DNA of 64,000 bases from Oopsacas minuta. Taxonomy: Eukaryota > Animalia > Porifera. Under the pieces are notes generated by a model. That model was not told the DNA's origin. It searched no databases and saw only the letters and a list, made by a program, of their open reading frames with translations. Position numbers and translations under genes: made by a program. Location: assembly GCA_024704765.1 (NCBI GenBank), contig JAKMXF010000233.1, forward strand, positions 434,001 to 498,000. Direction: 5' to 3'. Shown here piece after piece: positions 10,613 to 23,218 of this stretch. Within the stretch, counting starts at the first letter, position 1. The number at the start of each line of letters is the position of its first letter.

Positions 10613-13600
10613 CTATACGTATGACATCTTATATGGACACAAACTAGCTATATGATTATTAATAGTGTGAACCCAATTGTCACGCTCCTCTGTCGAAGTG
10701 GCAGCTAAGAAATACTTCTTTCCTTTCTCACTACAAATCTGAAAAATGTGTTTGAGTTTATCTTCGGAAGGAATTGATATTACAGTTGAGTTGCCTAATA
10801 TTATTGCGCCTGTAGGATTTTCCTATTGACAATGAAGTCGATTCAAGTAGCAGAATTATTGGAGGCACTATGCAATGTTAAAATTACATACAATACACTT
10901 AGTGCCTCCAATTTACAGTGCCACTTGAAACACAGTAGACCCTTGCTGATCCGAACAGGGCCCCAGAGCTTATACAATCTTGTTTCAAACGTAAAAACAT
11001 GGCCAATATATATCCAATTATATTACAAATTAATATCTAATACTATATTACGCATGTTGCCGCCATTCCATCGTTTGTACAACTTTCGAAAAGTCCTCCC
11101 AGATTCTATAGTATCAGTGTTTCATTCAGATATTTAGGCAAGGGGGGGCAAAGTAGAGTTTTGGGAATGTGAGTCTTATTAACTTCAGTTTTGATCAATG
11201 TATTTTTCAAATCCCAAGAGAGGGCAAATGCCCAAAAATGAAACCCTGAGTCTTGTTTCAATGCATTTCGCTAATCCTAACGTATTATCATATATTCCTG
11301 TATATTTATACCGGATATAAGAACATGCAGTAATACTCACAAGGGTATTCTTATAACCAGCAATGTGTATTTAGAAAATACCTTTGAATTAAATTTGGTT
11401 GTAAGTTGAGCTCCAGAGAAATAACTTATTCTGTTGCTACCTTCTCTCAATACGAATTTACGTTTTTTCCATGTCTGCCTTATGTGTGAATTTTTCTACA
11501 AAATAACTCATATAAGTACCAGCTGGATTACCTTTCAAAAGGTGTGAACTCACTAGTTTTAATAGAAAACCTTGTAAGACTACTCCTCCAGTATCACTCT
11601 CACATACCTAAAATTTTTAGAACAACAGGGAAAGAAGATTTTGTATTGGAGATAATTCATCTAATAACCAGTTCACGCATTTTGTGGGCAGGGATATTCG
11701 TGCAAATACGACTCGCTAAGAGGCGAACTCGACTGCATATGATAATACGACTCAAATAATACGCATAAATGTCAACGGCATCTAGGACTTTGTATTAACA
11801 CCAGATTTTAGTACAGTCAACTCCTGTTTTATCAAAAGGAATTATTGCGGTGCCTTGAGCTTCCATATAATGGGAGTCGACTGCAACATGTTATACCTCG
11901 GTAAACACTTTATCTTCTCCATCTCCAGAAGATAATGATAAACTATTCAAATCAGTCAAGGACATAGATCTATTCATGTGTAGAGGCTGATCTTCATTCA
12001 TTGGCATATGTGATTTAGCATACGGAGGTACACTTATCATCAGCTCTGATTCTGAGGACACCATCGTAAAGAACCGAGCTACTCTTCGCTGGTTATAATG
12101 CACGGGGGCTGTACGCTTTATATCGGAATTTGTCTCTGACATTAAATTGAGTTGTGTTTGGTCTGTGATTGGTTCTAGTTGTGTTTCTTGACGGAGTGTT
12201 ACCTAGATAATAACCGGTAATATCAGCAGTGCTACCCCGGCCCCCCACTACTTGATCGTCCACGGACGACAACAGGGAGTTTCACAAATTTGTATCGGAG
12301 AAGTCGACGGGTGAAAAAGGTTGGGAACTGATGGATTAATTGGCGAGGATTTGTATTTTTGAATAACCATAATGGCAGTATTTATGCCACTAAGTAAACA
12401 GAAATAATAACTATGTGTCCTATATTGTATGGAATAGTTGTAGGAAGAAAATTCATATAAATAAGATTTGCTAATCGGCGAACTCCACTGAATTATAAAT
12501 TCTTTGTAGCTAATGTATCGTCCAGTCCGTCTCTCCGTTTATGAGAGGGAATACATAATAGGAGGGGCAGAAGCGTCGATCCGATCAGACGGAAGAAAGG
12601 AGACAGAATACAGAGATTTTAGTATAGAATTAGGTGTAGTATCAAATGCATACGGATCAGCTAGAGTAGATCTACACTCTGATACGACTGTTGTTATGAC
12701 GGCTGTGAAAGCGGAGTTAGTAGCTCCATTAGATGATCGACCGGACGAGGGGAAGGTCGAGTTTTCTGTGGAATGTTCGCCTGTAGTTGGACCAGGATTT
12801 GAGGGACACTCCAGTGATTTCATTGGTAAGTATTTCAATAGTGTCATCTCCACAAACGTGGAAACGAAGTAGCATTTTCGGTGTCCCTGTTTTTGGAGGT
12901 TTCACTATTCAGGAAAATAATTACTATTTTTAAGGATTAGGGATAACACATCTAGTAAAGAAAACATTCCTAACAAGTCCAAATGCCTTCAATACCAAAT
13001 CCCTCTGTGTGTTGTCAGGGAGACAGAACTGGTGTTTGTATGTTGATACATTGATACTACAGATGGGAGGGAATCTAGTAGACGTGGTGATGATAGCTAT
13101 TAGAGCTGCTCTGGAAAATACGAGATTACCCAGAACTACAATTGTAGAAGAAGGTTTATGAAAAAGGCCGCTGATAGTTGGAAACTTGTTTCAGCTCCAC
13201 CGCCCGCATCAAGTTTACCTGTAATATGAAATTCAACTACACAATATATTTACTAACTAACGGGTGAATAGTAGTGATTTTATCTTCACAGACTTCCCTT
13301 AACACGCTTAATTAACATATTTACAAGTAGAATCATTGAATTTGCATGAATTGGACACTTAATGATAATCCCGTAAAATAATATAATATGAAACGCCGCC
13401 CGTCCGCATGCTTAGATATACATCATGTGGAGCTGAAACAAGTTTCTCATTAACAGTGGTCTTACTGTGATTATTTGATAGGAGAAGTTCCAGAGATTGA
13501 AATATCAGATGACCCTACTTCCCAGATACAGATTGACACCACAGGAATTCCATTATGTGTAACACTACATAAGGTAGGCATTAAGGTGCTGGTTGATGCT

Positions 13601-16452
13601 AGAAGAGATGAAGAGACATGTAGTAGAGCATGTATGCATGTTATCGTCAATCAAACAGGAAAGGTAATTCGTATTTAACAATAATCCCGTACAGGAATTA
13701 TCCAGAAATTTCTGGGACTCTTGATTCTGTACAAAATTGTATCACGACCCTGTCGACACTTTGTGTCCTTTAGGGCTGCTGAATTGGCAGTTTTAGGTGT
13801 CCACCAAGCACTTAGATACACCCCTGTACGGATGAAGGGAGATGATAAAGAACTTTGCCCCGGGGGTAGGAATTTGATATCAATTCCGAGATATAAAGAT
13901 AGGGATGCATACACCATACTTTTGGATTAGACCACTGAACCATTTGACAATAATTAGTGCAGATCCTATAGGGAGATGCCCTATTGGCATGGATGAAGTA
14001 CGACCGCCCGTATATGGCACCTAGTGATTGAAATTATAAATGAATATTTTCACACTTTTTCGATGTAGTTTTCAAATTACATTTTAAAACAAATTTTGCA
14101 TTATCTTTAATGTGTTTAATGCTTGACAACGCGTCTATACAATAGGTATGTGGTATGCACATGTCACAAGGTGGTAGTTTCACACCTAAACAGGTGTTAA
14201 GTGGAGTAGAGAGAGCAGTGTTACAGTCTAAAGCTATGTTTGAATCGATTAGAGAAAAGATTAATGCTATTGATGTTCATAGAGATAGTATTAGCATATT
14301 TCTTACATAGAATTGTATTGTATTGATTTGTATACAAATTATATTATATTAGAAAATTTTACGCTCAACGTTGGTGACGGTTTTCACCCCTGGACGTGTA
14401 AACTCCACAAACGGGGACTGTGGAAACAGGAACTTCTTGGAAATAAATAGAGTGAATTTTCACCTACACTTACAAATCTATAGAATGCTTGGTTGTGATC
14501 TCCGAAGAGAGTTAATATAAGAACATCTACAGATTGTATATAACCCCTCTTAATCAAATCCTGTCCTATCCTTTGTCCTTCTGATCTGTTGCCTGCAAAC
14601 GACCAGCTCATTAGCCAGTCGACTACGGATGTACCTACACAATAAATACAATGAATTCTAGGAGTTCTCAACATGGTGGTCCACGTATGAAAAAGTTGGG
14701 AATCGCTGAATTGTAATCAAGTCCAGATTACCTGTGAATACGTTCTTATATGTCTTTCCATCAATACTCTCTGTTCTTAATTCAAGACCAGCCTGTTTGT
14801 CTTGCATAGCACAAACAATATCTCTATATGATAAATAGTAATAATAACGATCAAAGCTCCTGTCTGTCAAGTTGACTATAATAGGGGAAACATCCATGGT
14901 CCATTAATACAAAAATACTACCTAACATCTAATGCAGTATTCTCAGCATCTAATTCATATAGTGATAACTTCTTGCTGGATATACTGTTCCTTACTTGAG
15001 GTGTTAAATGCTAGACAAACAATAAATAATAATAACTTTATATACATTAGATAGTGTCAAATTGGCGGATTTGACAACCCTCCCAGAAAATTTTCCCATT
15101 TTTGCTTATTTCTGGATACTTTCGGGTGGAATAGGCTGAAGTGTCGGGAAATTAGTGAAAGGTGTTGGTGAGTATAAATGGCCAGGACCGAAGTGACCCT
15201 ACTACCTTTTATAGAAAGGTGACGAACAGTAGTATTACATGACACCTACTTCTTTTCTCGGCGCCTTTTTCACCGAGGTATTCTAAGGAAGTTTAATCTG
15301 AATAGGAAGCGACCACTACTGATGATAAATAATGAGATGTTCGCTTACACTTTGTATGTCTTTCTGTAGATATTGTATCTGCCTCTCAATGAATCTTCCC
15401 CACAAATCTCTTGACTCTTTATCCAAAGCTTGTAGCAAGAACTCACGACCTGTTTTACCACATGTTACTTGTAGTATACTCTAAAGTTTAATGATATTGT
15501 CTTAGATGTTTAATATTGGATCATTTGGGAAAGTGTAAGGTGTCAATAAATTCACACTTCCAGAAAATAGAATTCATAGCTAATCCTGAATAACGGCTAG
15601 TAACAAAAGTCCCACTTTCGCCATTTTCACTGTATATTAACAACTATAGTCAACTCCTGTCATATCTAACAGAGATATATAGAAACACCCGCTAATATCG
15701 AAGTGTGAGATTGTACAAATATGGGCCCAAACCGTCAAAGTAACAAATATTCCCTCGGTTATATCGAAGGAATTATCATGGGCCCTTGAGCTCCGATATA
15801 ACAGGAGTTAAATGAATATTAACATACATCTCTCTTCTTATAATTCTCTGGAGATAGTATAAGAGAAGCTCCTGCTAGCGTTATGATTCCTGCTTGTTCT
15901 ACTGCCTAAACAGATAATATTTGATCTGAATTATATTAACACCCATTTTAAGGATAGTTCAGGGTGTATAAAGGGTGTCAAAATATGTATATAACAAAAA
16001 TCCATCAACTCACTCCTCTATTCTTGTAATATCTAATATCTTCTTTGTATAATATAAACCATCTTGTCTTCCAATTGTGTCGTAAATGTCCCTACAAATA
16101 CGATGTTACAATTACACTCGGACCTCTCTTATCCGCACCTCTGAGATACGGCCACCTCCCTCAACCGAGCACCATTTCCATTTTCAGTGAATTTCCCTAA
16201 TAATAATTAAGCTGTCTTTACTTGTACTTAAGATCTAAGAGAGGTTCAAGTCTACAATCTATAACTTTCCAAGCAAATTACAATGTAATCGTAACCGACC
16301 GGCTTCAAACAGTTTACAACATTCTTGTAAGTTGCTAGGGAAGTAATATTGCGGGGATAACCTACCTTTTTAACAAGGAATCCTTCCTTAATAGGAGCTA
16401 AGTCTACTGAAGATTTAGATCTCGTCTTAGGATAATCAACTAATTCGCACAT
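10613..16452 (-). CDS. PLEK: Pleckstrin / pleckstrin-2-like (PH-DEP-PH), multi-exon
   Basis: PH1 IKEGFLVKK|GHLRHNWKTRWFIL (exons 16452-16362 and about 16092-16015). DEP TSVVDWLMSWSFAGNRSEGQRIGQDLIKRGYIQ..FYRF ending at donor 14473. Phase-0 splice to exon at 12202. PH2 VLQGFLLKL|KNSHIRQTWKKRKFVLREG..|ENPTGAIILG..YFLAATSTEERDNWVHTI, stop at 10613. Confidence 0.85.
11814..11883. mobile_element. MITE family A, short deletion derivative
   Basis: ta|cagtcaactcctgttttatc ... atataatgggagtcgactg. Confidence 0.65.
12513..14310 (+). CDS. EXOSC7: Exosome complex component RRP42, 4 exons, nested antisense in a pleckstrin intron
   Basis: LSVYEREYIIGG..RSDGRKETEYRDFSIELGVVSNAYGSARV; WCLYVDTLILQMGGNLVD..AIRAALENTRLP; EISDDP..IPLCVTLHKVG..VDARRDEE; last exon 14146-14310 VCGMHMSQGGSF..stop. 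Confidence 0.92.
13165..13462. mobile_element. MITE family B copy (EXOSC7 intron 2)
   Basis: Extended TIR aggccgctgatagttggaaacttgtttcagctccac / gtggagctgaaacaagtttctcattaacagtggtct. Confidence 0.85.
15647..15813. mobile_element. MITE family A copy (pleckstrin intron)
   Basis: TIR agtcaactcctgtcatatc / gatataacaggagtt; family core ttgtacaaatatgg..ccaaaccgtcaaagtaacaaatattcc. Confidence 0.8.
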
Positions 16453-16730
16453 TTACAATTCTAATATTTTACTCCAAACTCTGCTATAAATACAGATAGC
16501 TAATGTACACTTAGGTTAAGAGAGTTTGTAAGCTAAAATACAGCTGATATCATTCATAAACAATTCACACGTTTGGAATTAGAATCTAATTGTGGATTAA
16601 TAGGGTAGAAAATGAAATGGGAGATTTGTAAGATTCACTATTTTGCGAACACAAAATTAGATATTTTTAGAATAAAAACATGAAAGTGATCGTAAAGCCA
16701 GAAATATACATACGATAAAAATCTTAAAAT

Positions 16731-19700
16731 TCAGCTGTTTTCTTCTAAAACAATTGGTATCAAATCAGCAGGCATATATTCCTTATAATAATCAGATAAC
16801 GGTACGCCAATTACTAGAATGTGATTGCCTTTAAGCCAGAACCGCCATAGACCTCTATGGAAGCCCCTAGCGTCCAAATCCCATAAATGATAACATTTAG
16901 CTAATTGTATCCAAGTATCGAATTTCCCTTCACCATCCGTATCAATAAAAATTGTGTATACTTCTCCTTTCGTGTTTGGGATAAAATCTGGATCACAGAC
17001 ATTTCTATCATGATCCAAGATACGAGAGCTTTGTATTAAGGAATGTATCAGCTGTTCATAAGGCGCCAAAATCAGCTGATTGATGTTTTTTAGTTTAACA
17101 CTTGGATCTGTGTTTATTGCATGATTCTTGAAGTAAATATCGTGGAAGTATGGATTCATGTTCAGGCCAGATTGTCCGAAGTGATAAGTGCGGGAAATAT
17201 CTGGAATCACGCATTCCCTGCCATTCCTAGGATACGGAATAGTATGATAGGAATGTTACGAAAATTAATACAGCGGTTCCCAACTGGGTGTCCACAGATC
17301 TCAAAATTTGTGTGTAATACTAATTTTGAGATCCTGTAGACCCACCAAGGGGAGAGAACCGATGGCCTACCTTATATTATCAGTTCTCATCCACATGTCC
17401 CAATCCCAGAATTGGTCAGGTGCAGGCCACTGGGGGAGTAGCTCTTCAACAAATAGTGTCTTCTCTAGCATCCATCCTAATCCTGGCATAGTTTCGACAC
17501 GATAGAGAAGGCTGGGGTCATTGCTAGAGTGCTCGTAGCCCTGATCATTCCATGCGGAAATACAGAATAGAGAACTATATGAAGGTGGTATATAAATTCC
17601 AATTACTTCGAATAGTAACTAGGGTAATTATTTATATTTTAACACCCTTGAACGGAGGACATAACATATAATCACATACTACATTCCATGAATCATAGCA
17701 TTCTATACATGAATATATTCACCAACTCCCTAACGTGCTTCTGTGACGTGTTATGTCTCAGTTTCCATGATTACCTCGTTGGCATTTGGCTACACCCCTC
17801 AGTGAGGGAGGCGATAAATTAAGGGACTAACCTATCTTCTTTTAACAAATGCATTGTTTGTGAGAAATAAGAAAAGAAGTCCGCAGCTATATCCAAATCC
17901 TCCTCTATTATGATACCATAATCTGCTCTTGGGTTACTATCAAATAAATGTAATAGCGTTGTCTTATAATGCTGTGTAATACGAGCATTCTTAGAACTAA
18001 TAGGAGTATTCTGCTTATAGTTAACCTGGAGTAAGCTACACACATCTCTCACTTGTTCGAAGCCTCCGTCTATATATACTGTAATGAGGTGTCGAAGAGA
18101 ACCACGGGCACTTAATAGTGTCCTCAACATACGGAAGAGATACCTAATTAGTGATAATTTATTAGAGGAACTTGTTTCAGCTCCACATGGTGTCCATATA
18201 AGCATGCATCCGGGCGGAATCTCATATCTCATTATTTATGAGATTATCATAATACAAAGTGTCCAATTCATGGAATTCCAATGACTCTACTTGTAAATAT
18301 GTGTAATTAAGCGTGTTAAAGGAAGTCTGTGAAGATAAAATCACTACTATTCACCCGTTAGTTAGTAAATATATTGTGTAGTTGAATTTCATATTACAGG
18401 TAACTTGATGCGGGCGGTGGAACTGAAATAAGTCTTCAATTATCAAAGGCTTCTACAATACAGCAGGTATATACCTTGGTCTATTACTAGCTATAACAGC
18501 TACTGGGACATTATCAAGATTATTCCTCTCTATAGCTGCTGGAGAGAACTCTATAGGAAGTGGATAAGTACAGTCACATAACTGCCCATAACCTTCATAC
18601 ATTCCACAGAAGTATCTCCGTCTCCTAGCAACAGAAGGACTATCTTCTTTCCAATCACATTCCGTATTTACTTCTTCTAAGCGTACTAGAAATCTAGATT
18701 CTATTCCAGACCCCCAGATGTCATGTCCTTCTATGTGTGAGTGAGATTCTGTTATTTTTGTGTAAATATTATTGTTTACTTTAGCAGCAAATAACCATGT
18801 ATCTCTCCATCCTAGATATTACTGTAGTAACTCAAAAATATATACACTTAACTCCTGTTATATCAAAGCTCAAGAGACCGTGATAATTACTCGATATGAC
18901 CGAGGAAATACATTTTGGTTTGGGACCATAAGGCCCATTATTGCGTAGTTATGGTGGGATGAATTGTCGCGAGACACAATTGTTCGGATATAGGGCATTC
19001 TGACCTACATTTGGAATTTTGAGCATTTAAAACCAACTCATGCGAAAATCGATACAAACACAAATTCTAGAATTATGCTACACAAAATCTGCTACAACTC
19101 ACCAATATAATCAATGTATTCACTCCCCATAAGTTTAATCCTATTCCGAGCATTATCTCCCAAATTAAAGCTAGCTTCATCTACAACTAACATACAAACA
19201 ATCCTCCCAACAGACGACAGAAGATCTAGGAAAGTGATCAACTCAGTATCAGCCCCCGGAGTATATGTATCAAATATGCGTGTAGCCATTACTCTTGCTG
19301 ATGCTAGATTCAATACAACAACATGGAGGCCTCTCTCTGCTTCTTCTGTATCAGATGTATATACTAGATAACCATCTATGGTGATGGTAGCTAGTGAAGG
19401 GCCTGACCTCAGTTCTATATCTATCTGACTAAATAAATAAGGAATAAATACATAAACAGCCAGCTCCTGTTATATAAAATACCCGCTTATATCAAAGTAT
19501 GAAATTGTACAAATATGCTCCCAAACCTTCAAAGTAGCATGTATTCCATCGCGGCCCTTGAGGTAAGATATAACAGGAGTTGAGTGAATATTAACATACA
19601 TCTCTCTTCTTATAATTCTCTGGAGATAGTATGAGAGAAGCTCCTGTTAGCGTTAAAATATATATATTACTGACGGTTTGAGACCATATTCGTACAATTT

Positions 19701-19958
19701 GACACTTCTAAATATCCGTTTTCGACCAAAACCAATAGAACTATCAGGCCAAAATAGCAAATGGTTACTCTAGATAGGTGTTAATAGAACCTACCTCTTC
19801 TGTAAATTCTCCAATACTCTATCATGTATATCATCAGCTGATTGATACTCCAGGACATTCCATAGTAACACTATGTTACTAACGAGTAGTGTAGTAATGA
19901 TACATGTTATTAATAGCTTAGGAGGTAACTTCAAACGAATAGTTCTCATAAGAAACAT
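16731..19958 (-). CDS. POMGNT1: Protein O-linked mannose beta-1,2-N-acetylglucosaminyltransferase 1 (type II membrane protein), multi-exon
   Basis: N-terminal TM in exon 19958-19795; stem [24 protein letters not shown]; catalytic [29 protein letters not shown]; [23 protein letters not shown]; [15 protein letters not shown]; stop at 16731. Confidence 0.93.
17603..17817. mobile_element. MITE family C copy (POMGNT1 intron)
   Basis: About 200-bp body (catggaatgtagtatgtgatt.. acgtcacagaagcacgttagggagttggtg) shared with 38581-38810, 46268-46520 and 52979-53106; ends resemble ctcgaatagtagccc. Confidence 0.75.
18163..18440. mobile_element. MITE family B copy (POMGNT1 intron)
   Basis: gaacttgtttcagctccacatgg ... 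gtggaactgaaataagtc; conserved family B core. Confidence 0.8.
19457..19585. mobile_element. MITE family A copy followed by a captured 70-bp pleckstrin fragment (POMGNT1 intron 1)
   Basis: cagccagctcctgttatat ... gatataacaggagttgagtg; next 70 bp match 15814-15883. Confidence 0.75.
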
Positions 19959-20157
19959 ATTAAGCTAATATGTAGGAGAAATACATACAGAGGAACTTGC
20001 ATAAACTAACACATGAAGATTTTGTCCCCCCCCATCAATTATTCACCGTTATAGCAGGTTTAGAGACATTCCAATGCGGTAGATTAATCACTAGGATAAT
20101 CAATAGTGTAATACGGATAAATACAAGTACAAATACAGTTTGTAAGTGATAGGGTAG

Positions 20158-22639
20158 CTATTCAGGTTGTATCATATCTTCTTGCTCCGTAACGATATTA
20201 TCCTCAACATCCTCCTGTCTCATGTCTGTCCCCTCGTCTCCTGTGATACCCCGTACCATTCCTTCCATACCCTCCTTTAGCTGGATTAGGACTGATTCTA
20301 TTGCGCCCTTAGCTGCTTGATCTGATGCTGATTCTGCTAACTAGAACATGAGAACTAAAAATACGAATCTCTTGTCTTATACTAGGAAATTCTAACCTGC
20401 TTAGCTTGCTCATAATTCTGCATTGCTAACTTGAAGTCCCCATTCTTAACAAGAGACTGTGCTATGAGTACGAGAGCATTAAGCTGCCATAACTTATCAC
20501 TAGCCTCCTCCGCAGCTGTCAGAGCCTTCTCTCCGTATTCTCTACTGTCTTTCCATCTGCCTAGCTCAAAATTAGCACGACCTGGAGAAGAGATAATTGA
20601 AAAGGGAATTTTCATAGCAACGCAAAACTTCCTTAGGAATGTTACATTACATTTTCAAATTGGACTCGGGTCAAAGGAACAGGCCATTTGACCCTATTAT
20701 TCCGAGTACATTCTTACCAACACATTTACAAATTTCACTGGATTTTCCCTACCAAAGTTTCGAGAATCTCTACAGTATTTATAATCACAAATCTAATGAA
20801 CAGCATAACTCACCGATCTCATGATATACCCATGCTAACTCTTCAGCATTAATATCTCCAGTTGTCAATCTCTCATTCCACATATCAATAGCCTGAGAAT
20901 AATCCTCTTTAAGGAAATACACTCTCCCTAAATTCTCCAGACATCTATTCCTGACGGGACCACGGCCACTTAGATCCCGATCCATCATGAAATGTTTGAG
21001 TGCTTCATCCTCTCTATTTAGAGATAACAGAAGGTTACCTAATAGAGCGTGTAGTGTAGCTAGGAGTGACGATTTATCTGTCAAAACTCTATCATCTAGT
21101 TTCTCCATATACTTCATTAATGCTTCTCCCTAGTAGGATAATTCATAGAAGAGATTTCCATGTATAATGTGGAAAGTAATGTCCTCCTTAATAAAGTAAC
21201 AAGAGGATCAAAGACTTCTACATTTTAAGTACAGTGTATGCCGGTTATAAGAACAGCCTTGGGGGTAGCTATACACGTTCTTATAACCGGTATACATTGT
21301 ATTGCTGGTTGTAAAATCATGTTTCCTACTTGTTCATATCCCTGATCCAATCTCATATCATTCAGTGCTTCCTCTATCTCTTCTAGATTCTGTCTTACAT
21401 ACTCTGACTGATCTCCTTCAGCATGTCCTTTCCGTATAGACGCTCCAACTGCTATTGTTATCGGTGGTTTTATATTTCGTAGATATTTGTCACGTTTACG
21501 ACTATAAATTGGCTGTTGTTGTCTCCAGAACTCAGTCCTTCTGTCCAAATACTCCAGGCCGTCTATGACCAAGTCTCTCAGCCCTAGACGGTCATTCTCC
21601 ATCATATCTCTATACATACATTCCAATTAACCTCTATCGTAACTATGGACCTAAACTCAACTTACTTGTCACTGAAGATACCCTCCAGATATTCTTTGTC
21701 GCTATTAAGTTCTCCTAATAGGCTCCTAACGGTCTGTTTAGACCCATAGGGTAGAGGGGGAGATCTCTTCTTCTCTACTTTATCCTGTCTCTGTATCATG
21801 CCTACCTGCTTACCTGGCTTCTTCTTCTTTGCTTGTGATTCCTGAATGAAAATATTCACAGGTGATAAACGAAAAATAAATACAGTCAACTCCTGTAATA
21901 TCTAACACGGATATATCTAAATACCCGCTTATATTGAAGTGTAAATTGTACAAATATGGTCACAACCCTTCAAAGTAACAAATATTCCATCGGTCATATC
22001 GAAGTAAGTGTCACGGTCCCTTGAGCTTAGATGTAACAGGAGTTAACTGTATTTATATCTGAACCAAAATTTTAACAGGATAGTTACATATGTTGCCCCC
22101 TCCCCTCGCCTTCTATGAGCATACCAAATGCTATTACGCGTAGTCATAGTAACCAGTAATTAAAATACCATAACCTGTATTACCTGTTGCTTGAAATACG
22201 TGAGATCGCCTTTCTTCTCCAGCTTAACAACGTCAGGTCCTCCTACACTATTTCCAATAGCTTCCTTAGCCTTTTGTATACCAAGTCTGAACTCTGCTAG
22301 CTCTGGTCTGAGCTTACGACCCCGCTCATAGTAAACTAATGCGAATTCAAACTCTCCCATAGAATATAGTACTTCAGCTTTTTGGTATACTCCCTTCACG
22401 AATGTTTTGTCCTCCGTAAGGGAAGCTTCCGCGTCCTCTAGGGCCGTCTTCCTGTCCCCGATTGCAAGGTAACATTTGGACCTAGCGACGAGTCCGATTC
22501 TGTTATCGGATTCAAGCTCTAAGGCTTGGTTATAGTAAGACAGAGCTTTCTCGTAATGTCCCTCAGTGAATAGCTTATCTCCCTCCGCTAGGTAGGTGGA
22601 AAATGTGCTCTGGGGTCCATCTTTGTTATCTTCTACCAT
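20158..22639 (-). CDS. TTC25: Tetratricopeptide repeat protein 25 / outer dynein arm docking complex subunit 4, multi-exon
   Basis: STFSTYLAEGDKLF..GLVARSKCYLAIGD..KGVYQKAEVLYSMGEFEFALVYYERGRKLRPELAEFRLGIQKAKEAIGNSVG; KQTVRSLLGELNSDKEYLE; YLDRRTEFWRQQQPIYSR; stop at 20158. Confidence 0.93.
21883..22049. mobile_element. MITE family A, full-length reference copy with TA target-site duplication
   Basis: ta|cagtcaactcctgtaatatc ... gatgtaacaggagttaactg|ta; CAGT-initiated TIR plus TA TSD indicates a pogo/Tigger-type (IS630-Tc1-mariner) MITE. Confidence 0.88.
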
Positions 22640-22864
22640 AACTAACTACACTATCTGTTGCTATGCAAAAGTTGTATTTAAAATAGAGAATTTTGAGATC
22701 TCCGAAAAGAATCTCAGAGTAATTTGGATATTTGCATGCCTGCCAACCTGTGTGAAGAATTACGGGGGACATAAGGTGCTAGCCTAGCGGGGCATCGCGG
22801 GACGTAGCATATTTGCATTAAACTGGACTACAAAATGGGGGACAATTATGGTTTTTGGAAAGTT

Positions 22865-23086
22865 TTTGGCGGGACATTACCCTCAACACATGTCCGAAAA
22901 GCGGGACTTCCCGCCAGAAAACAGGACAGTCGAAAGATCAACTTTTGATCTATTATTTGGCCCCATTGATGAATCAATTTGGCTTCATTTCCTACCCAAA
23001 ATCGACAATAAGATTTGGTTGCAACCTTAAGTGGTTTAGAATGAAAACAATTGAATAGCTGATCAACCATGAATCACTATAGCAAC
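22865..23086. promoter_or_regulatory. Divergent TTC25/DNAJB9 promoter region with E2F-like and RFX X-box-like motifs
   Basis: tttggcggga (22865) and ttcccgcc (22908); atcactatagcaac (23073-23086) fits X-box RTHNYYWTRRNRAC. Motif matches only. Confidence 0.35.
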
Positions 23087-23218
23087 GCACAAATATGCAT
23101 AGAATACAGTTCTGAGCCAATCAAATTTTGCCACATTTGTTTACGCAAACATCTATAAATGTTTACAAATATTCGTGAAAATATTCACACAAAATTTTAA
23201 ACATTTTAAGTCAGAATT

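Noticed and set aside
14384-16452. Pleckstrin truncated to PH-DEP only
   Set aside because: The second PH domain is present beyond EXOSC7 (exons at about 11630-10613) and the splice phases across 14473-12203 match.
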